Assembly: GCF_003432385.1 (NCBI RefSeq)
Contig: NZ_CP031841.1
Coordinates: 1,557,579 to 1,589,578, forward strand
Length of the DNA: 32,000 bases
Direction of reading: 5' to 3'
From: Breoghania sp. L-A4
GTDB lineage: Bacteria > Pseudomonadota > Alphaproteobacteria > Rhizobiales > Stappiaceae
Positions 7,594 to 18,215 of the stretch are shown piece after piece (position 1 is the stretch's first letter; the number at the start of each line of letters is the position of its first letter). The notes under the pieces are model-generated. The model saw only the letters and a list, made by a program, of their open reading frames with translations, was not told where the DNA came from and did not search any database. The position numbers and the translations under genes are program-made.

Positions 7594-9153
7594 TCAAAAC
7601 CCGCGTTTGAGTGATCCGAGCAAGCCGCGCACGAGCGCCCGGCCAATGGACGAGCCCATGGACCGGACCACGGATTTGACCGCCGCCTCGGTCACGCTTT
7701 GGCGCTGCGAGCGGCGTTGGGTCGTGCGTTGCCGCGCCGTCTTCGTGGGCCGGTCGTCGCGTCCGAAGTCCGGCACGCTGAAACCCGAACGCGTGCGACG
7801 GGTCCGGTTTCCGCTTTCGCGGTCCCGGTCTTCGCGGGCGCGCTGCTCTTCTTCCAGAGCAATCGCCTTGGCCGCGCGCTCCTTCAGGATCTCGTAGGCC
7901 GATTCCCGGTCCTGGGATTCGTCGTAGACCCCGAACAGCGGGCTGGCCTGGATCACCTTGCGCACCTCTGACTCCGTGAGCGGGCCCAGTCGAGACGATG
8001 GCGGCCGCACCAGCGTGCGCTCCACGATCGATGGCACGCCCTTGGCGCCGAGAGTGGAGACCAGCGCCTCGCCAACACCGAGCTCGGTGATCACCTGCAC
8101 GGTGTCCAGATCCGGGTTGGGACGGAAGGTTTCCGCAGCCGCGCGGACCGCCTTCTGGTCGCGCGGGGTGAAGGCGCGCAGGGCGTGCTGCACCCGGTTG
8201 CCGAGCTGGGACAGCACGCTGTCGGGCACGTCGAGCGGGTTCTGGGTCACGAAATAGATGCCGACGCCCTTCGACCGGATGAGCCGCACGATCTGCTCGA
8301 CCTTTTCCAGAAGCACTTTGGGCGCCTCATCGAACAGCAGATGCGCCTCGTCGAAGAAGAACACCAGCCGCGGCTTGTCGGGATCGCCGACCTCGGGCAG
8401 TTCCTCGAAGAGCTCGGACAGCAGCCACAGCAGGAATGTCGCATAGAGCCGTGGCGACTCCATCAGCTTGCCGGCGGCCAGAATGTTGACTATCCCGCGG
8501 CCGTCACGCGTGGTGCGCATCAGGTCACGAATATCGAGCGCGGGTTCGCCGAAGAAGGCCTCGCCGCCCTGGCGCTCGAGCACCAGCAACTGGCGCTGGA
8601 TGGCGCCGATGGAGGCCTTGGAGACGTTGCCGTAGATCGTCGAGACCTCCTTGGCGCGATCGCCCAGGTTCACCAGCATCGCGCGCAAGTCCTTGAGGTC
8701 CAGCAGCAGCAGGCCCTCGTCGTCGGCAATCTGAAAGGCGATGTTGAGCACGCCTTCCTGTGTCGCATTGAGGTCCATCAGCCGCGCCAGCAGCAGCGGT
8801 CCCATTTCCGAGATCGTGGTGCGCACCGAATGGCCGCTTTCGCCGAACAGGTCCCAGAACACCGTGGGGAAGCCGGCGAACGCGTAGTCGTCGGCAAAGC
8901 CGATGGTCTGCGCGCGCTTGGTGAGGAAATCCTTTGTCTCGCCTGGCGTGGCAAGGCCGGACAGATCCCCCTTGATGTCCGAGCAGAACACAGGAACGCC
9001 CGCGTCGGAAAAGCCCTCCGCGAGGATCTGCAGCGACACCGTCTTGCCGGTGCCGGTGGCGCCTGTGATCAACCCATGCCGGTTGGCGTATTTCAGGTCG
9101 AGGTATTGCGGCTTCGAGCCCGCGCCAATGAAGAGTTTTCCGTCGACGAGCAC
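7594..9153 (-). CDS. HerA-like helicase / DUF853 family ATPase
   Basis: [42 protein letters not shown] (Walker A), [19 protein letters not shown] (Walker B), [16 protein letters not shown]. Confidence 0.92.
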   Translation of the reverse strand: MLVDGKLFIGAGSKPQYLDLKYANRHGLITGATGTGKTVSLQILAEGFSDAGVPVFCSDIKGDLSGLATPGETKDFLTKRAQTIGFADDYAFAGFPTVFWDLFGESGHSVRTTISEMGPLLLARLMDLNATQEGVLNIAFQIADDEGLLLLDLKDLRAMLVNLGDRAKEVSTIYGNVSKASIGAIQRQLLVLERQGGEAFFGEPALDIRDLMRTTRDGRGIVNILAAGKLMESPRLYATFLLWLLSELFEELPEVGDPDKPRLVFFFDEAHLLFDEAPKVLLEKVEQIVRLIRSKGVGIYFVTQNPLDVPDSVLSQLGNRVQHALRAFTPRDQKAVRAAAETFRPNPDLDTVQVITELGVGEALVSTLGAKGVPSIVERTLVRPPSSRLGPLTESEVRKVIQASPLFGVYDESQDRESAYEILKERAAKAIALEEEQRAREDRDRESGNRTRRTRSGFSVPDFGRDDRPTKTARQRTTQRRSQRQSVTEAAVKSVVRSMGSSIGRALVRGLLGSLKRGF

Positions 9154-9437
9154 GCGTTTCTCCCAGAGTTGCGGGACGCGCGTTGACCGGAGCGCCCTGG
9201 CGTTGATTGTCCGTCGGCTGAAACGTCGCGACGCCCGCTGCCTGATGCAGGGGGCCGGGATGTTCCCGCCTGGGTGTCCGCGGCACCGGGAGAGCCCGGT
9301 TGGCGGGCTCGTTCCCCGCGATCGGGGCCAAACACAGGATGCCGTGTATTTTCTTCGCTTCCAAGACCTTATCGGCTTGCGAAGCCGGCGCGACTGTTGT
9401 CACATTGCCATGAAATACGCCAGTCACGGAGGCGGCA

Positions 9438-9824
9438 ATGAACGAACTGATCGAACGTATCGTAGCGAAAACAGGCATCAGCCCGGAGCTTGCCCGGCAG
9501 GCGGTCGCCATTATCCTCAGATTTCTGAACAAGGACGGACCGTCCGATCTCGTGAGGCAGGTGATCGACGCCATTCCCGGCGCGCGTGACCTGATCGAGG
9601 AGAAGGACACGGCCGGCGGCGGCGGCATGCTGGGCGGACTGGCCGGCATGATGGGCGGCATGGGCGCCATGGGTGCGCTCAATGAACTCACCAGCGCGGG
9701 GCTCGACATGAGCCAGGTCCAGTCGGTCACAAAGGAAGTCGTCACCTTCGCCAAGGAAAAGGCTGACGAGGACACCGTCGACGAGATCATCAATGCGATT
9801 CCCGGCCTCAGCCAGGTCGTGTGA
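9438..9824 (+). CDS. DUF2267/DUF2780-like small protein
   Basis: MNELIERIVAKTGISPELARQAVAIILRFLNKDGPSDLVRQVIDAIPGARDLIEE...GGMLGGLAGMMGGMGAMGAL...DEIINAIPGLSQVV. Confidence 0.7.
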   Translation: MNELIERIVAKTGISPELARQAVAIILRFLNKDGPSDLVRQVIDAIPGARDLIEEKDTAGGGGMLGGLAGMMGGMGAMGALNELTSAGLDMSQVQSVTKEVVTFAKEKADEDTVDEIINAIPGLSQVV

Positions 9825-9901
9825 TGAAACGGGTGGCCGTTCCGGCTGCCCGGCACTTCAACTCAATTTCGTGAGATGTTTTATTTGGGAGCACACTGAT
9901 C

Positions 9902-10312
9902 ATGTCTTCTTACCCGATTGCAGATATTGAAGGGATCGGCCCGGCCTACGCCGCGAAGCTGTCCGCTGCGGGCATAACCAACACAGGGGCCTATCTGGAC
10001 CGCGCCAAGGATCCGAAGGGACGCAAGGCGCTGGCCGAGGAGACCGGCATCGAGGCGTCGCGGATCCTGAAGTGGGCGAACATGGCCGATCTGATGCGGA
10101 TCAAGGGCGTCGCCGAGGAATATTCGGAACTGCTGGAAGCCGCGGGCGTCGATACGGTCAAGGAATTGCGCAACCGCAACGCGGAGAACCTTGCCGCCAA
10201 GATGGCCGAGGTCAACGAGACCAAGAAGCTTGTGCGTCTGGTTCCGAGCGCGAAGTCCGTCACCGACTGGGTCGAGCAGGCCAAGACGCTCGAGCCGATG
10301 ATGACCTACTGA
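9902..10312 (+). CDS. Helix-hairpin-helix protein, DUF4332-like
   Basis: IEGIGPAYAAKLSAAGITNTGAYLDRAKDPKGRKALAEETGIEASRILKWANMADLMRIKGVAEEYSELLEAAGVDTVKELRNRNAENL. Confidence 0.8.
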   Translation: MSSYPIADIEGIGPAYAAKLSAAGITNTGAYLDRAKDPKGRKALAEETGIEASRILKWANMADLMRIKGVAEEYSELLEAAGVDTVKELRNRNAENLAAKMAEVNETKKLVRLVPSAKSVTDWVEQAKTLEPMMTY

Positions 10313-10344
10313 TACCAACGGCCGCGCGGTGGCGCCGGAATGCA

Positions 10345-10378
10345 AAACGGGGAGCTGAGAAGCTCCCCGTTTCATTTT
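10345..10378. terminator. Intrinsic-terminator-like hairpin between convergent genes
   Basis: AAACGGGGAGCT-GAGA-AGCTCCCCGTTT perfect 12-bp stem, followed by CATTTT; lies between the stops at 10312 (+) and 10460 (-). Confidence 0.8.
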
Positions 10379-10459
10379 GGACCGGCACTGAAATCCGGCG
10401 CCGGCGGTCTCTGGCGCGCCCCGGTCTCGCCCAAATCGGCTGCGGGGCGATGAACCGGC

Positions 10460-11179
10460 CTAGCGCTGGCCGATGCGAATCTGGGCGTAGCGCAGGGCTT
10501 CCACGACGGTGTGCGTCTTGTTGGACGCGTTGAGCTTGGATCCCGCGTTCTGCAGATGGGCGTGCACGGTACGCTGAGAGATCTTCAGCAGCTCGGCAAT
10601 GTCGGACGCGGTCTTGCCCAATGCCGTGAGCTCCAGCACGCAACGCTCGCGTGCGGACAAGTCGCCCGGGCGGTCGGAGTTCACGAAACCGAGCTGGATG
10701 AGGCGGCGGATCGCGACGCTGCACAGGATGTCGATGCCCGAAAGGGCTTCCGACGAAATGGCCATGTCGCGGCCGGCGCAGACGATGACCGCCTGGAAGG
10801 GATCCACGTCGTCCACCGGCACCACGAGCACATTGACGTCGCCGTCCGCCGCGCCCGCGGCTTCCAGCAGATCGGAATGCTCGCCATCGGCGGTGTCGGA
10901 TTGCCACAGGAACGGGCGCACCGCCGTCAGGCAGACCGTGAGGATCGAATCGCTTGCCGTGACGGTGCTCAACTCGACCCCGTCGCGCCGCAGGTCGGGC
11001 CAGCGGAAGCGCAGGATCAGGTTGTCGATCGGCCGGTTGGGCATCGGCAGCCCGGTGATCAGGATGTGGGATGCGCCATGCCGGCGCAACTGGGTTTCCA
11101 GAACGTCCAAGACGTGCTTCGGATCGCTTGCACGGTTCAGTTTCTTGGCTATGTCGAAGAGTTCTAGCATTTCTGTCAT
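10460..11179 (-). CDS. LuxR-family transcriptional regulator (autoinducer-binding-like domain plus HTH)
   Basis: C-terminal LSARERCVLELTALGKTASDIAELLKISQRTVHAHLQNAGSKLNASNKTHTVVEALRYAQI is a GerE-type HTH. Confidence 0.88.
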   Translation of the reverse strand: MTEMLELFDIAKKLNRASDPKHVLDVLETQLRRHGASHILITGLPMPNRPIDNLILRFRWPDLRRDGVELSTVTASDSILTVCLTAVRPFLWQSDTADGEHSDLLEAAGAADGDVNVLVVPVDDVDPFQAVIVCAGRDMAISSEALSGIDILCSVAIRRLIQLGFVNSDRPGDLSARERCVLELTALGKTASDIAELLKISQRTVHAHLQNAGSKLNASNKTHTVVEALRYAQIRIGQR

Positions 11180-11878
11180 GATGGGGCCTTCGGTCTTCGT
11201 ATTATTATGTTCTGGTTCCGCGCGCATTTCGTCGGAAACCATTGTTTTTGGGCTATTTTAGCCTCGTTAATCATCTGTCGCATGACAACGTTCACAGCAG
11301 TAACTATTACTATGTGCATGATCGACGTTGCAAAATAACTCTACGGTGAATTTGCCGTGAGGTCTATCAAATTTGCTTATGTTCGTATTTGCGCGAATAA
11401 GCCAAGTGCCGTTACGGCACAGAAACGGCAGGTATTGCTCCTGTTCTGTCTTGCTCCGTCCGCGTGCGGACGGCGGTTCATCCGGGGCCGCCCGTTGTTC
11501 CTGAATGGCCGTATTCCGAGACGAACCCCGATTCCGGCTTTCGAGCCATCCTTCCTGGGACTGGCAATTTGAACAATATGATTTGTCCTGATTGGGCGTT
11601 GAGTTCAATATTCATTCACGCTGATGCTGAAATGTCGGTTGGATCGGGTGAAAGGGGCCCGTATCCGCATCGTCGTCAGGGGCGGGCGTTCGGGCGGGAC
11701 CGCCGCGGGACAGGTGCAGGGAGCGAATCCGGCGTCGATGCGTCATCCTCGTGCGACTATTTGACGGAATGCGCACTGGCATGCGATCGCGTTTTCCGGT
11801 TACCTGTGGTGCGATGCGAGAGTATTGCTGTTTCGGTCAAGCGTAACGGCCGATTGAACAACAGGACCCGGAACCGAC

Positions 11879-13850
11879 GTGCAGGCACTTGATTTTGCGG
11901 CCGGCTTTGCGCCCGGCACACAAGCCGACTGGCAGCAACTGGTGGAAAAGGCGCTGAAGGGCGCGTCCTTCGATAGGTTGCGCTCGGTGACCGACGGTGG
12001 ATTGCCGATCGAGCCGCTGTATTCCGGCAGGCGTGACGTGGCGGCGGTCTCCGGCAGGCCCGCCGCGCAGCCCTGGACCGTCGTGACGCGCATCGCGCAT
12101 CCCAGTCCAGCCGTCTCGAACAGCATGATTCTGGAAGACCTTGACGGGGCGCCAACGGTCTCGACCTGATCATGTCGTCGTCCAATCACGCCCGCGGCTC
12201 GGGCATCGTTGTCGACACGTTCGCCGACCTGGAAACGCTCCTGGGCGGCGTGCATCTGGACCTTATCTCCCTGAGGCTCAATGCCGGCCACGAGTGCCGC
12301 CCGCTCATCGCCATGCTCCTGGAACTTGCCGGCCGGCGCGGCCATGACATTGCGGCGCTTGATATCCGCGCTGCCGTCGATCCGATCGCGGCCATGGTTC
12401 AGTCGGGCCGTCAGTCGGCGCCGCTCGAGCGGCTCGCGCCGCGTCTGCAGGACCTCGCGCACTATCTGGAGGATCGCGGCCTCAAGGGCTCGGTGACCAA
12501 GGCGGACGGGCGGGTCTGGCACGCGGCCGGCGCCAGCGACGCGCAGGAGCTTGGCTACACGCTCGCCAGCGCCGTGACCTATCTGCGCCTGCTCGACGAT
12601 GCCGGTATCGCCGGCTTCGTTCCGCAGGACCGGGTCGACGTTGCGCTTGCCGCCGACACCGACCAGTTCGGCACGATCGCCAAGATTCGCGCCATGCGGC
12701 GCCTGTGGGCCCGGGTGCTGGACGCATCCGGTCTCGAGCAGCGTCCGCTGCATATCCATGCGGAGACCGCGTGGCGCATGATGACCCGCCGGGATCCCTG
12801 GGTGAACATGTTGCGCGGCACGGTGGCGTGCTTCGCCGCGGGTGTCGGGGGCGCGGACAGCGTAACGGTCCTGCCGTTCACGGAGGCGCTCGGCGTGCCG
12901 GATTCCTTTGCGCGGCGGATTGCGCGCAATATTCAGACCATCCTGCTTGAGGAATCCAATGTGCACCGGGTGGCCGATCCGGCGGCGGGGTCTGGCGCGG
13001 TCGAAGCGCGCACCCAGCAGCTTGTGCAGGAGGCATGGGCGCTGTTTCAGGATGCCGAGGCGGCCGGTGGAATCGAGCGGGCCTATGTCGACGGCAGGAT
13101 TACGCCCGGCATCGTCAAGGTGCGTGACGAACGGCTGCAGCGGGTTGCCACGCGCCGCGATCCGCTGACCGGGACCAGCGCGTTCGCCAATCTCGACGAG
13201 CGCCCGGTGAGCGTTGTCGTGGCCGAGCCTGTGGATCTTTCCGCGTCCTCGCGTTCGCTCGAACTGCCGCCTCCGGGCAAGGGTGATCTGATGCGCGCGC
13301 TTGTTGATGCGGTGCGCGACGGTGCGAGCGTATCGGAGATGACGCTGGCGCGCGGCGCGCCGTCCCGGACCCAGGTGGAGGCGCTGCCGCCGATGCGTCT
13401 GGCCGAGCCGTATGAGGCGTTGCGCGACGCGGCGGATTGCTCTTTCGCCGCCACGGGTGCGCGGCCGGCGGTGTTTCTGGCGACGATCGGCGGTGCCGCC
13501 GACCATGCGGCCCGGTCCGGCTGGGCGCGCACGCTCTTTGCCGCCGGGGCATCGAGGCGGTCACGGGCGAGCCTGCGCCCGCGGATGCAGTCTCGGAGAT
13601 GGCGGCGGCATTCGCGGACAGCGGCGCCCGCATCGCGTGTATCTGCTCCACCGACGCGCTGTATGCCGACCATGCCGAAGCGCTGGCGCGGGCGTTGAGG
13701 GAGGCGGGCGCCCGGGCCGTGTATCTGGCGGGAAGGCCTGGCGAATTGCGGGACGCGCTGACGGATGCCGGCGTGACGGATTTCCTGTACGAGGGGTGCG
13801 ATGTGCTCGCCGCCTTGCGTCACGTGCACGACGTGCTGGATTTGGGCTAA
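11879..13850 (+). pseudogene. mutA: Methylmalonyl-CoA mutase small subunit, split across three frames (pseudogene or sequencing-error frameshifts)
   Basis: Frame 1 MQALDFAAGFAPGTQADWQQLVEKALKGASFDRLRSVTDGGLPIEPLYSGR...ILEDLDG; frame 2 NHARGSGIVVDTFADLETLLGGVHLDLISLRLNAG...LFAAG; frame 3 GIEAVTGEPAPADAVSEMAAAFADSGARIACICSTDALYADHAEALARALREAGARAVYLAG. Confidence 0.88.
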
Positions 13851-13877
13851 CATGATGGCCGAGAGGACGCGGGCGGC

Positions 13878-16061
13878 TTGCCCGGGGGAGCGAACGCGAT
13901 GAGCCGGATCCCGGACTTTTCCCAGATCGACTATGCCGACGTGCTGCCCGAGGCGGACGCGGGCGCCGCGCAGCCGTGGCAGACGCCCGAGGATATTCTT
14001 GTGAAGCCGGTCTATACGTCGTCGGATCTCGACGGGCTGGATTTTCTCGAAACCTGGCCGGGCATGGCGCCCTATCTGCGCGGCCCCTATCCGACGATGT
14101 ATGTCCAGCAGCCCTGGACGGTGCGCCAGTACGCGGGCTTCTCGACGGCCGAGGATTCCAATGCGTTTTACCGGCGCAACCTGGCGGCCGGCCAGAAGGG
14201 ACTGTCGATCGCCTTCGATCTCGCCACCCACCGCGGCTACGACAGTGACCATCCGCGGGTGTCGGGCGACGTGGGCATGGCGGGCGTGGCCATCGATTCC
14301 ATTCTCGACATGCGCACCCTGTTCGACGGCATCCCGCTCGACAAGATGACCGTGTCGATGACCATGAACGGCGCGGTGCTGCCGGTGCTGGCGCTCTACA
14401 TCGTGGCGGCGGAAGAGCAGGGCGTGCCGCACGAGAAGCTGGCCGGGACCATCCAGAACGACATCCTCAAGGAGTTCATGGTCCGCAACACCTATATCTA
14501 TCCCCCATTGCCCTCGATGCGGATCATCTCCGACATCTTCGCCTTCACCGCCGCTCATATGCCGAAATACAATTCGATCTCGATTTCCGGCTATCACATG
14601 CAGGAAGCGGGCGCGACGGCGGACCTGGAACTGGCCTACACCATCGCCGACGGGATTGAGTACGCGCGCGCGGGCGTCGCCGCCGGCATGGACATCGATG
14701 CCTTCGCGCCCCGGCTGTCCTTCTTCTGGGCCATCGGCATGAACTTCTTCATGGAAGTCGCCAAGCTGCGCGCCGCCCGCCTTGTCTGGGCCAAGCTGAT
14801 CAAGCGCGAGTTCGATCCCAAGAACCCCAAGTCGCTCAGCCTGCGCGCCCACTCGCAGACGTCCGGCTGGTCGCTCACCGCCCAGGACGTGTTCAACAAC
14901 GTGGCGCGCACCTGCGTGGAGGCCATGGCGGCGACCCAGGGCCACACCCAGTCGCTGCACACCAATTCGCTCGACGAGGCGCTGGCGCTGCCCACCGATT
15001 TCTCCGCCCGCATCGCCCGCAACACCCAGCTTTTCCTGCAGCAGGAGACGGGCACCACCCGGACCATCGATCCCTGGGGCGGTTCCTTCTACGTGGAGCG
15101 GCTGACCTACGAGCTGGCGGCATCCGCGCTGGAGCACATCGAGGAAGTCGAAAGACTCGGCGGCATGGCCAAGGCCATCGAGAAGGGCATCCCGAAGCTG
15201 CGCATCGAGGAGGCGGCCGCCAAGACCCAGGCGCGGATCGACGCGGGCCGGCAGACGGTGGTCGGCGTCAACAAGTTCAAGCCCGACACCGAAGAGACCA
15301 TCGACGTGCTGAAGGTCGACAACGCCGGGGTGCGGGCGCAGCAGATCGCCAAGCTCGAGCGCCTGCGCGGCATGCGCGACGAGGCGGCCTGCCAGGCGGC
15401 GCTGGATGCGCTGACGGAAGGCGCGCGGGGCTCCGGCAACCTGCTGGATCTGTCGGTCAAGGCGGCCCGCGCCATGGCGACGGTGGGCGAGATCAGCCTG
15501 GCGATGGAAAAGGTCTTTGGCCGCCACAAGGCCGAGATCAAGTCGATTTCGGGCGTCTACAAACGGGAGGTCGGAGCCATGTCGGATGCGGTGGACAAGG
15601 TCTTGAAGCTGGCCGCCGCGTTCGAGGAAAACGACGGCCGCCGCCCGCGTATTCTGGTCGCCAAGATGGGCCAGGACGGGCACGACCGCGGCCAGAAGGT
15701 GATCGCTTCGTCGTTTGCCGATCTCGGCTTCGACGTCGATATCGGTCCGCTGTTCCAGACACCCGAGGAAGCGGCGCGTCAGGCGGTGGAGAATGACGTG
15801 CACATGGTCGGCGTCTCATCGCTGGCCGCCGGTCATCTGACGCTGGTGCCGGCGCTGAAAAAGGCGCTGGCGGACGAGGGCCGCGAGGACATCATGATCG
15901 TCGTCGGCGGCGTGGTTCCGCCGCAGGATTACGACGCGCTCCATGAGGCTGGCGCGGCGGCCATCTTCCCGCCGGGCACCGTCATCGCCGAGGCCGCCCA
16001 GGACCTGATCCACAAACTCAACCAGCGGCTGGGCTACGAGCCCGCGCAAGCCGCGGAGTAG
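13878..16061 (+). CDS. mutB: Methylmalonyl-CoA mutase large subunit
   Basis: [72 protein letters not shown]; B12-binding domain [41 protein letters not shown]. Start may be 13899. Confidence 0.97.
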   Translation: MPGGANAMSRIPDFSQIDYADVLPEADAGAAQPWQTPEDILVKPVYTSSDLDGLDFLETWPGMAPYLRGPYPTMYVQQPWTVRQYAGFSTAEDSNAFYRRNLAAGQKGLSIAFDLATHRGYDSDHPRVSGDVGMAGVAIDSILDMRTLFDGIPLDKMTVSMTMNGAVLPVLALYIVAAEEQGVPHEKLAGTIQNDILKEFMVRNTYIYPPLPSMRIISDIFAFTAAHMPKYNSISISGYHMQEAGATADLELAYTIADGIEYARAGVAAGMDIDAFAPRLSFFWAIGMNFFMEVAKLRAARLVWAKLIKREFDPKNPKSLSLRAHSQTSGWSLTAQDVFNNVARTCVEAMAATQGHTQSLHTNSLDEALALPTDFSARIARNTQLFLQQETGTTRTIDPWGGSFYVERLTYELAASALEHIEEVERLGGMAKAIEKGIPKLRIEEAAAKTQARIDAGRQTVVGVNKFKPDTEETIDVLKVDNAGVRAQQIAKLERLRGMRDEAACQAALDALTEGARGSGNLLDLSVKAARAMATVGEISLAMEKVFGRHKAEIKSISGVYKREVGAMSDAVDKVLKLAAAFEENDGRRPRILVAKMGQDGHDRGQKVIASSFADLGFDVDIGPLFQTPEEAARQAVENDVHMVGVSSLAAGHLTLVPALKKALADEGREDIMIVVGGVVPPQDYDALHEAGAAAIFPPGTVIAEAAQDLIHKLNQRLGYEPAQAAE

Positions 16062-16270
16062 GCGGGAGGCTTTCCGGCGCGCGCTCTTGCGTCTGCCACT
16101 CTCGGAGAGACCTTGTGCCGTCGCATGCGCAACCGTTTGCCATGCGTAATTGTATGTACATGTGGCAAGCGCGCCACCAAAATGCCGCTGCGGTAGAATA
16201 AGTTGCCAAAAAATATGGCGATTTCGGACGGCGGCAGAGCCCGCGACGCCGGATTCGCGAAGGCGGGGCA

Positions 16271-17680
16271 ATGAACAAGATCCTTCTCCACGCAGCGGTC
16301 CTCGCCGTGTCGTTTGCCGCGTCCGCGCACGCCTCTGATGAACGGCCCGTCTGGGACTGGAATGGCGTCTACATGGGCGCTCACGCCGGATGGGTCGGCA
16401 GCGATGTGCGCTGGACGGACAACACCGGGAACTGGTGGGCGCCGCCAGGATTTACCCATTCCGCGTCCGACAACGGGTTCATCGGCGGCGGGCAGGTCGG
16501 CATCCTGCGGCAACAGGGCAACATCGTTGGCGGTCTCGAACTCTCGGTGAGCGGCGCAAGCGGCGGAACACGCGCGGCCAGCCCGTTTTTTCCCGCAATC
16601 GATACATACAAGACCGAGATCGACACGCTGGTCAGCGTCACCGGACGGCTGGGATACGCGTTCGGCGACTGGCTTCCCTATGTCCAGGGTGGCTACGCAG
16701 GCGGCATGGTGTCGATGAGAAACACGAGCGGCGCGGGCTTTTTCGGATGTGCCGTTCCCTGTGTGTATGATTCCTCGCAGTGGCAGCACGGTTTCACGCT
16801 GGGTGGCGGCGTGGACTACAGGATCAGCGACAACATCGCGCTCGGCGTGAACTACAGATACGCAAACCTTGGTAATCACGCATACATCGGCGTCACCGGG
16901 AACGCCGGAACGCTGGAGAACTTCAAGGTCGGCGCGGACGTTCACGCCGTCACGGCGCGTGCGAATTGGCTGTTCGGGGATCAGGGGTCCTCGATTGCGT
17001 CTCGTGATGCCCCGGCCGCGGCGCCTGCATGGGATTGGAACGCGATCTATCTCGGCGTGCATGGCGGATTGGGTCACGGCGACATCGATTGGACCGACAA
17101 TCTGGGCGGTTGGTTCACGAATTTCGCCGGGAATTCATACATGTCCTCGGGCGACGGCGTGACGGGCGGTGTGCAGCTCGGAATGCTGACCCAATGGGAC
17201 CATGTCGTCGGCGGCATCGGCGTCAGCTTGAGTGCGATGAGTCTGGAAACCCGCGAGACAAGCCCGTTCTTTCCCCCAAGCGATACCCTGGAAACGAAGG
17301 TGGATCTGCTTGCGACCGTCACGGCCCGGATCGGATACGCATTCGGCAGTCTGCTGCCCTATGTCGAAGGTGGTTATGCCGGCGGCAATGTCAGCGTGAC
17401 AAATACCGATCGTCTGAACTGTTTTCCGGCGGCATGTCTTTTTGACACGACCAAGTGGCACCACGGCTTCACGCTCGGCGGCGGTCTCGACTATCGCGTG
17501 ACCGAGAATCTGGTGCTGGGTCTCAACTACAGCTACGTCAGCCTGGGCGACGCGACGCACAGTGGAACGACCACCAACACCTTCGGTGTGCCGGAAGACT
17601 ATACGGTCGGCGCCGATGTTCACGCGGTGACATTGCGGGCGAACTGGCTGTTCGACGGCACCTTGTTTTCCGCAGAGTGA
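16271..17680 (+). CDS. Outer-membrane beta-barrel protein (Omp31/Omp25-like) with two tandem homologous domains
   Basis: Signal peptide MNKILLHAAVLAVSFAASAHAS; repeated WDWNGVYMGAHAGW...GYAFGDWLPYVQGGYAGG...HGFTLGGGVDYR...NYRYANLG...VGADVHAVTARANWLFG, then a second copy from about residue 238. Confidence 0.85.
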   Translation: MNKILLHAAVLAVSFAASAHASDERPVWDWNGVYMGAHAGWVGSDVRWTDNTGNWWAPPGFTHSASDNGFIGGGQVGILRQQGNIVGGLELSVSGASGGTRAASPFFPAIDTYKTEIDTLVSVTGRLGYAFGDWLPYVQGGYAGGMVSMRNTSGAGFFGCAVPCVYDSSQWQHGFTLGGGVDYRISDNIALGVNYRYANLGNHAYIGVTGNAGTLENFKVGADVHAVTARANWLFGDQGSSIASRDAPAAAPAWDWNAIYLGVHGGLGHGDIDWTDNLGGWFTNFAGNSYMSSGDGVTGGVQLGMLTQWDHVVGGIGVSLSAMSLETRETSPFFPPSDTLETKVDLLATVTARIGYAFGSLLPYVEGGYAGGNVSVTNTDRLNCFPAACLFDTTKWHHGFTLGGGLDYRVTENLVLGLNYSYVSLGDATHSGTTTNTFGVPEDYTVGADVHAVTLRANWLFDGTLFSAE

Positions 17681-17696
17681 TGCCTCCGGGCGTGCC

Positions 17697-17795
17697 GATC
17701 TTCCCGCCGGCCTCTGTGATCACCGAAGCTGCCCAGGGTCTGATCCACAAGCTCAACCAGCGGCTGAGCCAAAGCTCGCGCGGGCGGCCGAATAG
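17697..17795 (+). pseudogene. Diverged fragment homologous to the 3' end of mutB
   Basis: Encodes [23 protein letters not shown] versus mut[24 protein letters not shown]; nucleotide similarity is strong by eye with 15963-16032. Confidence 0.75.
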
Positions 17796-17864
17796 ACCGC
17801 GACCCGGTGCGCGGTCGCGACATGACGCTTGGCGAATGTGTACTATTTATGGTACATGCAAGCC

Positions 17865-18215
17865 ATGGGGGATCCAAAGCGTCTTTCGGCGCGTTTCTTT
17901 ATGCTCGAAAGCGGCCGCATGCCGGTGAGGGACTGGCTGCTGGATCTCTCGCCGCAAGATAGGAAAAGTGTCGGAGACGACATTCGTGTGGCGGAGTTTG
18001 GCTGGCCGGTTGGCATGCCGCTTTGTCGGCCGATCATGAAGCGCAAGGGATTGTGGGAAATCCGGTCGGATCTTTCGAATGGCAGGATCGCGCGAATTTT
18101 GTTCTGCATCCAAGATGGAGCGATGGTGCTCTTGCATGGTTTTGTCAAGAAGTCGCGGAAGACGTCGAATGCGGATCTCGAACTGGCGTCGAAGCGAATG
18201 CGAGGTTTGAAATGA
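17865..18215 (+). CDS. RelE/HigB-like toxin (phage Gp49-like family)
   Basis: MGDPKRLSARFFMLESGRMPVRDWLLDLSPQDRKSVGDDIRVAEFGWPVGMPLCRPIMKRKGLWEIRSDLSNGRIARILFCIQDGAMVLLHGFVKKSRKTSNADLELASKRMRGLK. Confidence 0.85.
   Translation: MGDPKRLSARFFMLESGRMPVRDWLLDLSPQDRKSVGDDIRVAEFGWPVGMPLCRPIMKRKGLWEIRSDLSNGRIARILFCIQDGAMVLLHGFVKKSRKTSNADLELASKRMRGLK

Noticed and set aside
8185-9186. 333-aa plus ORF opposite the HerA-like gene
   Set aside because: Antisense shadow of the conserved ATPase. Many His/Gln/Leu residues and no domain.
11267-11608. 113-aa Cys/Ser-rich minus ORF in the luxR-mutA gap
   Set aside because: No recognisable domain, atypical composition, and no convincing ribosome-binding site. 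Kept as non-coding unless homologues are found.
11800-13506. 568-aa antisense ORF opposite mutA
   Set aside because: Arg/Gly/His-rich translation, fully opposite conserved MutA coding sequence.
13083-15803. 906-aa antisense ORF over mutA/mutB
   Set aside because: The opposite strand encodes clearly recognisable MutA/MutB. Long antisense ORFs are expected at high GC, and this translation has biased composition with no recognisable domain.
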